From Haliotis cracherodii (lineage: Eukaryota): a stretch of 64,000 nucleotides of DNA. Within the stretch, counting starts at the first letter, position 1, and every line of letters begins with the position of its first letter. Under the pieces are notes generated by a model, which saw nothing but the letters and a program-made list of their open reading frames with translations, did no database searches and had not been told where the DNA came from. Position numbers and translations under genes: made by a program. The stretch lies in assembly GCF_022045235.1 (NCBI RefSeq), contig NW_027266343.1, positions 8,804,001 to 8,868,000 on the forward strand, written 5' to 3'. Positions 12,330 to 22,557 of the stretch are shown piece after piece.

Positions 12330-13007
12330 TTAGAAGTGACACACACAAGGAAGAGAATACATGGATGTCGACTTCTTTATTATGAGGAACACAACGTTTC
12401 GGAGTATATGCTTACTCCTTCATCAGGTGAATGAATGCCATGAGGCAGAGAGCATATAGATTCCTCTCATGACGGGGGAAAAGGAGATAGTTTCCCTCGT
12501 GGCTGCGCCACTCGTTAAAATATCTCCTTCTCTCTCGTCACTCGATGAGAGAAACATGATATTTCATTCGACACATGAAATAGTCTCTATTTACTCAATC
12601 GATTTCACAAAAGTGATGTTCAAGGGTTCATTCATACTGCTACCCTATTTTGACGTCACAGTGCACTCAAACATAGTATGGGGTCATTCTGCAATCTAAC
12701 ATATTGTGACGTCACAGAAAGACATTGTGTGGGGCATGCGTACAGAAATACAGCAATAAGTATTGAAGTGGCAAGAAAATGTACAATACTTGTTTCAAGA
12801 ATACTAGTATTTGAGGTAATTTAATTTTGGTTTGAAAGTATTAATAAGATAACTTTCTTTCCTTTTTCTCAGTGCATCATTTTCACATTTGTAAAACGGG
12901 AACATCATAAAATTTGGTGCTTTATTCCCGGCATATTGATCAATATGTTGACTGAATTGAATACACCGGCAAGAGGGGTCCCATATGTGTTGTCGGTTGA
13001 CTCTCAC
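12330..13007 (-). mobile_element. Penelope-like element 3' fragment: GIY-YIG C-terminus plus pLTR with hammerhead motif, interrupted by another repeat (duplicate ~18710-19370)
   Basis: ...FPFYKCENDALRKRKESYLINTFKPKLN fits the R-x-x-x-E...I...P-x-L-N end of PLE GIY-YIG endonucleases. A same-strand hammerhead motif and AATAAA lie downstream. Confidence 0.7.
12390..12429 (-). ncRNA. Minimal type I hammerhead ribozyme motif
   Basis: cac-CUGAUGA-a-GGAGUA(agcaua)UACUCC-GAAAC-GUU-gug: core boxes, perfect 6-bp stem II, 3-bp stem I, loopless palindromic stem III. Confidence 0.7.
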
Positions 13008-14406
13008 TCTCTCACTCTATATACATATTGCTACATAAGGGATTTTCGTTATAGACGAATCATCAATTCCAAAGGTATGGTCTCAATCCCTATCCATAGT
13101 GGTTCAACTTCATCGGCATATAGTGTACTCTTGTTAGTCTTCTCGGTACAATCTCGGTACAATACCAACATATGATCAGTTACGTTATGTGAAATTACCA
13201 TCACCAAACCGTCACACACGAGTGGCCATTTCCATTGTCCATTGTCGATCAATTAGCCCTGACCACTAAATAACACCACCACCACAAACTGAATATATAC
13301 CAGTCATCGTTGTATAATACGTTGACAACTCATGATTTCAATCACTGGATTGTCTGGCTTAATTCGATGCCAACTATATTCGCTTATATTTATTGCTAAA
13401 GGTAAATGAGATTTTATGTTGCATCATAACCTTCTTAATGCTAGTATATATGTTGATTACTTGTAACCTCGTTGATCCATAGCGAAAGCATAGCATCATC
13501 AATAGACCATCGAGATACTGTACTCACATGCACATATGTCAATGGAAAATATTATGTTAACGTAAAGTGAAGTACAAGTATACTCGACCCGTGAACATCC
13601 GTGTTAGAACAGGTCTTCAGCAAGCCATGCTTGCCATAAAAAGTGACTATGCTTGTCGTAATAGGCGACTTACGGGATCGGATAGTCAGGCTGGCTGACT
13701 TGGTTGATGCACATCATCGTATCCCAATTGGAAGGATCGATGCTCATGATGTCAATCACTGGGTTGTCTGATCCAGACTCGATTATTTACAGACCGCTGT
13801 CATACAGCTGGAATATTGCTGAGTGTGGCGCTAAACAACAAACATACTTTTAAACAAACATCACCTCCTGCAGTATGCCTTTCTAACGGAATGCATGAAT
13901 AGTTTTAGCGGCTTGGCAATGCGATTTGTAAAATGCGATGTTGATATACTCGGGTATGCATGTTGTAGGTTCCAGGAGCTATCCACCGTCCGCTCCGCTC
14001 CTTGGTGACTCTGTCCGGGATAAGTATTTCATTCGTTTATTATTCAATCACCTAAATATTACTTTCCCATGTCGATGGGCATTTTATGATTAAAAACCAT
14101 GACTCATTCATTCCCCTAATGAAGTAGTAAACATATACTCCGAAACGTTGTGTTCCTCGTAATAAAGAAGTTGACATCCATAAATTCCCTTCCTTAAGAG
14201 TATTGTGTTAATTTATATCTTCTTTACTGACGAAAATGTATTAAATCTTGAATGTATAGAGCAAATAACTGATTACAACGCAAGAAACTACTGTTAAAAA
14301 CGGATTAGGTACTAGGTAAGGAGAGGTGAAATGGGGTTTATCGTATCTTTCAAGATTAGTGCACTTATATAACGATGTGCCGATTTTTTAGTGCATTTAG
14401 TGGATA

Positions 14407-15427
14407 TATAGAGGTTATCACGCGAGTGTGTTTGAGGATGGTAAATATCCTGCATTAGGAATAAACATTGTATTTAGCGAGCCTTGGCGAGCTAAATACA
14501 TAGTGTTTATTCGTAATACATGATATTTACCATCCCCAAACACACAAGCGTGATAACCTCTTTATCACATAATGTCAGTCTTTAATTCTGTGCTTCAAAA
14601 TCGCTTTCCCTCTCTCCCAAACATTACTGAAACATTGCGAGTTTTCCTGGAATGCGCGCATTAATATTTATGACGTCATAGTTTAAGTGATGTGTCATTC
14701 GGACATTGACAGTGGCCAATATAGTTCCAACTGAAATCTGTTTCTTATACAGTGACGAAGCAACATATACGCAAAACAACAATTGTTTTTAATTGCCTTT
14801 CGCGGCCATCCATCGGTCTGTCCGCTAGAGTAACTGCCCTTTGTCAAAGGGAAGCTACTCTAACCCTAGTCTATGAGACGTCACGGCCACGGTCAGACAT
14901 TGTTGACAGTCGGTCTGTCCTGTCATAACGTTAAGAAGTGAGTCAGATGTGCACAGAGCGACAAAACGAAACAAGGACACAATTCAAACATATTTCGGCC
15001 AAATCCAACTATTTTAATTTGTGGAGAAGTTTTCAAACCGCAGAGGTCTACTAGCACAGATATGGCTACTGATCCCGTTTGGCTAGTCCTCGTGCCCTCG
15101 CAAAATTGTTTCGAAATTTATGTCTCCAAAGTTGCCAAAACTTATAAAATGCCTTAGCTACGTCACAGTTGGACACTGATTTTCAGTATATTAGTCTGTT
15201 CTTTTGATAATGATAGCAATTATCCCTGTAGTTTATCCAGATTCCTGATGGTTAATTCTGACTCGATCGCCGAATGAGGAGGGCGACGCCATGGTTGTAT
15301 ATAAATACTGAAAGTAGTCCCTACTTGACCTTTGATATTTGCATCTCTATCCGCATATGACCCCAACGGATATCGTTTTTATCCGTTGGCTTTATCCTGC
15401 CGAGAAACCTACCAATTATATGATAAA
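14407..15427. mobile_element. ~1.0 kb non-autonomous insertion with a ~150-bp terminal hairpin (possibly Crypton-like)
   Basis: Present in the A2 unit; empty sites in A1 (~9041) and A3 (~22958). Inverted arms 14410-14478 and 14491-14561. No clear TSD. Confidence 0.75.
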
Positions 15428-15821
15428 TAGCAATATTCCAGCAATATCACGGCTGGGAATACAAGAAATGGCTTCACTCAGTGTACCCATGTGGGAAAAA
15501 GAACCTGGTTTTGTATGTGACGAGTGCTAAACCAATGGCTACCCCAACGCCCGCTTTTGTTTGTAAATCTACTCAGCATCTTGATAACCACACTTAATAA
15601 ACACGCATGTTGTACTGATAGTTTGGATAAAGAAGGAACACATGACTAAAGATCATAATAAATATATGTTTATTTTCAATATAGAACAACAGCCATCAAA
15701 ACATCACTCACGCCATTGCATCGTGTAGCATGACAACCCCAACTACAAGACGACTAACTGCAGCAGCATCTGTATTACATTTGCCAAGCGGATAGACCAC
15801 AGTGGACTTTAGGCATGTCAC

Positions 15822-16409
15822 TTAGATTCCCATGAAAGCTGGGTCATAGGCAGCAGGTCCTGCAGGGGCAACGGCAGTGGCGGCAATAGTTGTGGGGGCA
15901 GCAGCAGAGGAGACAGCATACGCATCGAGTTCACCAATATAACCAGGACCTGGAATGAATGAAATGGACAGATATGACAATTGACGAATTGCTTGATTTG
16001 TTCACATGCTTCTGTACATGTGTCTAAGTTACTGCTTGTTTTCCTGTCACATTGCACTATCATACTTACCGTAACCCTGTGAATGAATGCCACCGGTGCC
16101 CTGTGATCCTGGATGGATTAATCCCTGGTTGAGCCCTGAGCCGAGACCAAGAGGGGAAACACCCAGGCCGAGAGAGGATATTCCAAGTCCGAGTTGTGGG
16201 ATTCCAAGTCCGATATGTGGGATTCCAAGGCCGATATGGGGGTTTCCAAGTCCGAGATGTGGAATTCCAAGGCCGATATGGGGGAATCCAGGGCCAAATG
16301 CACCGAACGGGGGAACACCGATCCCTCCGAAAGGACGGATACCAATTCCAAAACCATGTGTTGTTGTCATGGCAACAAAGCAGACAGCGGCAACAGCAAG
16401 AAGCTTCAT
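15822..16409 (-). CDS. Secreted Gly/Pro heptad-repeat protein A2, 155 aa; complement(join(15822..15949,16070..16409))
   Basis: Near-identical to A1 with intact splice sites. TATAAA 17131-17136, exon-1 donor 17064, AATAAA 15669-15674. Confidence 0.9.
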
Positions 16410-18767
16410 TTTGTTAATCTGTGAAAATAGAAAAACGAACTTATTCCATGTATTTGACTACTGTACATGGAAATATGAGGGTCAAACACATTCAGTATGT
16501 TACCTTCGTTTCGTCACGTGTACATGGCCATGCATATCTATGATACCAGAAAGAATATAAATGTAAACACACTATTGATACAAGTATTATTTAATATTTT
16601 CGGTAGGCCTAAGACTTTTGTCAGAGACAAAGTATCTATTCGGTTCCTGCTTAAAACATTCTATAAAGGGAGCAGAACAGCCGACCATTTGTTTTTGTCA
16701 CAGCACATTTTATTCAGGACATCCTGCATATTCAGCTGATATTTATTTTATTTTTCATTTGTTGTAAAACCTGAGTCAAGATTATTTTGTTTCCAATCTT
16801 TCCTGGAACAAATTATTTCTGCTGCCAAAACTACCAGGTCCTCCAGTATAGATTGTTCTTTAGAGATTGGACAATGTGGTGCTATATATAAATACATATT
16901 AATTAAATAATTATACTTGAAAAAGTCTTTGTTGTCAAATGATTTGAGAGTTAAAATGTAGGCTAATTGATGCCTAAGATACGTAAGTTATAGTATATCA
17001 TACATAGAACTTTGCGAAAAAGAATTCACATACACATAAAAAAAACTGAGACAGAAACACTTACGTTTTGGTTGAGGTCTACCGGGACTGACTGATTCAG
17101 AAAGTGAAGTGTCCACTGCACAGTCCTTCCTTTATATTAACATGAATACGGGGGTACAAAGCGGGTCATAAATTGTGCATGTCTACAAAATGCCCAGTTG
17201 ACAACTCGTTATACAACGATGACTGTGTCTACCCGACAGGTAATTAATGTATGCTGTATTAGCGTGATACAGTTATGTCATTTGACGGTAACAACAAACA
17301 GTGAATTAGATCACACACTTGATGTTTCTGACGTTCTTGCACTTGTCATTTCAGTTGCAGTATGAAATCTCAGTTTATAGATTTATTTTGAAGAGATGAA
17401 AAGAGCGTAACATTACGTAACCTGAAGTATAGTTTATCTATGAATAATAGTTATAAGTTAAATGAAAACCATTTGACCAATGTATTTATGTTACATTTTA
17501 TCATGACATATTAACTGTAATGCCATACATTTTACCTTATATCAAAGTGACAAAATCCAACATGTATTACGAATATGACTTGATTCATATCCGATGGTCC
17601 GAAGATGGCATTAACGATGCAATGGCAAGGTTGGTGTTTTAGCCATATGATTCAACTTTCGATTTTCCGTAAGGGTATAAGGTGTGAAGTCCATTCCGGG
17701 TCTTATTTGACTTTTTTTTAACCAAACTCACTCAAACAAACCTCACTCACTCTAAGAAGCATTTACATGTTAGTCCAATCGATTCTATTGAGCATAGTTT
17801 TTATGCTAAATGAACTGGCTTTAAAAGAAACATATACAGTAAACTATGTTTATAATGAACACGCTTAAAACGAACTGACGGATTCAATGAACATTTTTTA
17901 GTACTTCCATTTGTTGTACCTATGCTGTATATATGCTTATAACGAACTATTGTTATTACGAACTAAAATTAGTGATCCCTTTGAGTTCGTTATAACCAGA
18001 GTTTACTTTATATATGTTTACATATATATGTTTCAAATATACACATATACATTTTGAGTGGAAAGCGGATTATTATGTGTGTGAGTTGTAAATGTTTAAA
18101 TGTTACTCGAAAAGAGTATATTGTTTGTATTTTTTTCCACAAGACACATTAGTTGTGTTACTGGTCTGAATACAAATGTGTTAAATGTCACATGTTCAGC
18201 TGCACAGATCATACAGGCTGTGTCGTCGCACTGTAAACTATTGTGCTTCAAGCCTTTTGGCTTCGATAATAAAACATCGATACCAGTATAACGAGTCTTA
18301 TTTTTTCAAGTGTATTTTGATCAACCTTGTAACATCAGGACGGTGGTTTGGTGAAGAGGTTCAAGCGGTTCCCTTGTGGGTGCAATGTTTGAAGCATTCG
18401 TAGAATCCAGAACATATTGCGGTTGACACGTTTTACCCATGGTGTCATCTCATCCCGAAGGTGTGGATCGTTGCTCATGATATTAGTTACTAGATTGTTT
18501 GGTCCAGACTTCATTATTCAAATGCTATCTCATATAACTGGACTACTGCTGGGAGTGACGTTAAACGACAAACAAATAACGCTCACAAAAAATACATCCC
18601 CGTGCAGACCTTGATTTAGCATATCGTGTAATCATGATAATTGTCATTCATAATATTATTATTTTAAACATGTTAACCATACTTGTGGATATAGATTAAA
18701 AAGGCATTTAGAAGTGACACACACAAGGAAGAGAATACATGGATGTCGACTTCTTTATTATGAGGAA

Positions 18768-18807
18768 CACAACGTTTCGGAGTATATGCTTACTCCTTCA
18801 TCAGGTG
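18768..18807 (-). ncRNA. Minimal type I hammerhead ribozyme motif (duplicate)
   Basis: Identical to 12390-12429. Confidence 0.7.
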
Positions 18808-19597
18808 AATGAATGCCATGAGGCAGAGAGCATATAGATTCCTCTCATGACGGGGGAAAAGGAGATAGTTTCCCTCGTGGCTGCGCCACTCGTTAAAATA
18901 TCTCCTTCTCTCCCGTCACTCGAAGAGAGAAACATGATATTTCATTCGACACATGAAATATTCTCTATTTACTCAATCGATTTCACATAAGTGATGTTCA
19001 AGGGTTCATTCATACTGCTACCCTATTTTGACGTCACAGTGCACTCAAACATAGTATGGGGTCATCCTGCAATCTAACATATTGTGACGTCACAGAAAGA
19101 CATTGTGTGGGGCATGCGTACAGAAATACAGCAATAAGTATTGAAGTGGCAAGAAAATGTACAATACTTGTTTAAAAAATACCAGTATTTGAGGCCATTT
19201 AATTTTGGTTTGAAAGTATTAATAAGATAACTTTCTTTCATTTTTCTCAGTGCATCATTTTCACATTTGTAAAACGGGAACATCATAAAATTTGGTGCTT
19301 TATTCCCGGCATATTGATCAATGTGTTGACTGAGTTGGATACACCGGCAAGAGGGGTCCCATATGTGTTGACTCTCACTCTCTCACTTTATATACATATT
19401 GCTACATAAGAGATTTTCGTTATAGACGAGTCATCAATTCCAAAGGTATGGTCTCAATCCCTATCCACAGTGGTTCAAATTCATCGGCATATAGTGTACT
19501 CTTGTTAGTCTTCTCGGTACAATCTCGGTACAATACCAACATATGATGAGTTACGTTATGTGAAATTACCATCACCAAACCGTCACACATGAGTGGC

Positions 19598-19770
19598 CAT
19601 TTCCATTGTCCATTGTCGATCAATTAGCCCTGACCACTAAATAACACCACCACCACAAACTGAATATATACCAGTCATCGTTGTATAATACGTTGACAAC
19701 TTTCATGTTGCGGGACATTTACAATTTATGATTGTATGTGTACTGTATCTGCGCAATTTAAACGTCCTTG
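19598..19770 (+). pseudogene. Orphan B-type promoter remnant with no TATA box or gene downstream (truncated duplicate 13230-13330)
   Basis: TCCATTGTCGATCAATTAG..AAATAACACC..CATCGTTGTATAATACGTTGACAAC..ACATTTACAATTTATGA aligns with 28335-28490. Confidence 0.6.
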
Positions 19771-21185
19771 TTTGTACAAATTATTTCTACAATTATTGTA
19801 TATTTTCATGCCACTACAATACCAACTGCTGTATTTCTGTATGTGTGGTACGTATGCCCAACACAATTTTTTGCGTCTTTCTGTGACGTAACAATATGTT
19901 AGATTGCACTGTGACGTCATACTAACAGTATAAATGAACCTTTGAACATCACTTTCGTGAAACCTGTTGAGTACATTATATAGCTGTTCTTTGGACTATG
20001 TAAACAAAAAGAAAGATCTTTTGTTATCAGCTTGCATGCATATTTAGTATTGGGAGGCATTCTGTAGAATAAAGACAATACTGGAGCAATTTGATTTGTA
20101 ATAATGCATGCAAAATGCTGTTTTCGATGCACAGATCTGAATTAGTAGACAGATAGCTTAATGGTGTCCGTTGATATTGTTTGTGTCTGTGGTTTATCTC
20201 TTTCTTTTTTCAAACGCTGACAGTGACCTAATTCGATGCTAACTCCAATCGCTTATATTATTGCCGTAAAAGGCGACTATGCATGTCGTAAGAGGCGACT
20301 TACTTGATCGGATGGTCAGGCTCGCTGACTTGGTTGATGCATGTCATCGTATCCCAATTACGTGGATCGATGCTCCTGATGTCAATCACTGGATTGTCTG
20401 ATCCAGACTCGATTATTTACAGACCGCCGTCATATATGTGTAATATTGTTTGGTCAGCGTCAAACAACAAACAAACAAAATGAATATTCACAAGTATGGT
20501 TAACATGTTAAAAAAATAATATTATGTTTAATAATTATCATGATTACGCGATGACACGATATCAAGGTCTGCACGGGGATGTAGTTATTGTGAGCGTTAT
20601 TTGTTTTTTGTTTAATGTCACTCCCAGCAATAGTACATATATATGGCGATAACATGTAACTAATCAAGTTTTGACCAGACAATCGCGTGACGGATCCACA
20701 ACTTCGGGGTGAGAACACAACGATTCACACGTGTCAACCGCAAGATGCTCTGGGTTTTACGAATGCTTCAAACATTGTACACCATAAGGAAACCGCTTGA
20801 ACCTTATCACTAAACCGCCATCCTGATGTTACAAGGTAGATAAAAATACACATATAAAGACATTGAGACTTGTTATACTAGTATCGACTTCTCTGCATCA
20901 GAATGTTTTATTATCGAAGTCAAAGGGTTTCATTTAACTTAAAACTATTATTCATAGATAAACTATACTTTAAGTGACGTAATGTTACACTCTTTTTATC
21001 TCTTCAAGTAAGGATATGAAAAGATATGAAATCTATAAACTGAGATTTTATACTGCAACTGAAATGACAAGTGCAAGAACGTCAGAAACATCGAGTGGGT
21101 GTTAATTCACTGTTCGTTGTTACCGTCAAATGGCATAACTGTATCACGCTGATACATCATACATTAATCACCTGTCGGGTAGACA

Positions 21186-21346
21186 CAGTCATCGTTGTAT
21201 AACGAGTTGTCAACTGGTCATTTTGTAGACATGCACAATTTATGACCCGCTTTGTACCCCCGCATTCATGTTAATATAAAGGAAGGACTGTGCAGTGGAC
21301 ACTTCACTTTCTGAATCAGTCAGTCCCGGTAGACCTCAACCAAAAC
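21186..21346 (+). promoter_or_regulatory. Family promoter (A3 shown): conserved upstream block, TATAAA, Inr-like TCACTT and non-coding exon 1
   Basis: CATCGTTGTATAA..GTTG[TA]CAAC..ACAATTTATGAC..TATAAA..ACTTCACTTTC is shared, with small variants, by all nine genes, whereas A and B flanks otherwise do not align by eye. Confidence 0.75.
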
Positions 21347-21969
21347 GTAAGTGTTTGTATCTCAGTTTGGTTTTGTGTATGTGAATTCTTTTTCGCAAAG
21401 CTCTATGTATGATATACTATAGGTAGATAGGTATCTTGGGCATCACACGCCTTTTTTCAATTATTATTATTTAATTGATATGTATTTATATAGAGCACCA
21501 CATTGTCCAATCTCTAAAGAACAATCTATACTGAAGGACCTGGGAGTTTGGGCGACAGAAATAATTTGTTCCAGGAAAGATTGGAAACAAAATAATCTTG
21601 ACTCAGGTTTTACAACAAATAAAAAAAATGAAATAATTGTCGGCTGAATATGCCGGTTGTCCTGAATAAAATGTGCTGTGACAAAAACAAATGGTCGGCT
21701 GTTCTGCTCCCTTTATAGATGTTTTCAAGCAGGAACCGAATACATACTTTGTCTCTGACAAAAGTCTTAGACCCACCGAAAATATTAAATAATACTTGTA
21801 TCAATAGTGTGTTTACATTTATATTCTTTCTGGTATCATAGATATGCATGGCCATGTACACGTGACGAAACGAAGGTAACATACTGAATGTGTTTGACCC
21901 TCATATTTCCATGTACAGTTGTCAAACAAATGAAATAAGTTCGTTTCTCTATTTCCACAGATTAACAAA

Positions 21970-22557
21970 ATGAAGCTTCTTGCTGTTGCCGCTGTCTGCT
22001 TTGTTGCCATGACAACAACACATGGTTTTGGAATTGGTATCCGTCCTTTCGGAGGGATCGGTGTTCCCCCATTCGGTGCATTTGGCCCTGGATTCCCCCA
22101 TATCGGCCTTGGAATTCCACATCTCGGACTTGGAATTCCACATCTCGGACTTGGAATTCCACATATCGGACTTGGAAATCCACATCTCGGACTTGGAATC
22201 CCCTCTCTCGGCCTGGGTGTTTCCCCTCTTGGTCTCGGCTCAGGGCTCAACCAGGGATTAATCCATCCAGGATCACAGGGCGCCGGTGCCATTCATTCAC
22301 AGGGTTACGGTAAGTGTAAAAGTGCAATGTGACAGGAAAACAGGCAGTAACTTAGACACATGTACAGAAGCATGTGAACAAATCAAGCAATTCGTCAATT
22401 GTCATATCTGTCCATTTCATTCATTCCAGGTTCTGGTTATATTGGTGAACTCGATGCGTATGCTGTCTCCTCTGGTGCTGCCCCCACAACTATTGCCGCC
22501 ACTGCCGTTGCCCCTGCAGGACCTGCTGCCTATGACCCAGCTTTCATGGGAATCTAA
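21970..22557 (+). CDS. Secreted Gly/Pro heptad-repeat protein A3, 155 aa; join(21970..22309,22430..22557)
   Basis: TATAAA 21275-21280, exon 1 ~21306-21346, intron 21347-21960 (GTAAGT...CCACAG), intron 22310-22429. Exon 3 reads GSGYIGELDAYAVSSGAAPTTIAATAVAPAGPAAYDPAFMGI*. AATAAA 22705-22710. Confidence 0.9.

Larger units (their letters stand above)
7971..19700. repeat. Direct tandem duplication: unit 7971-13330 (A1) and unit 13331-19700 (A2, with a ~1 kb insertion)
   Basis: The two units are collinear and near-identical. The junction GACAACT|CATGATTTC at 13330 joins the unit end to a SINE interior matching 7971. Confidence 0.9.

Noticed and set aside
22095-22240. Regular 21-nt repeats suggestive of a CRISPR array
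   Set aside because: Contiguous coding repeats without unique spacers, in an intron-containing eukaryotic gene; no cas genes.
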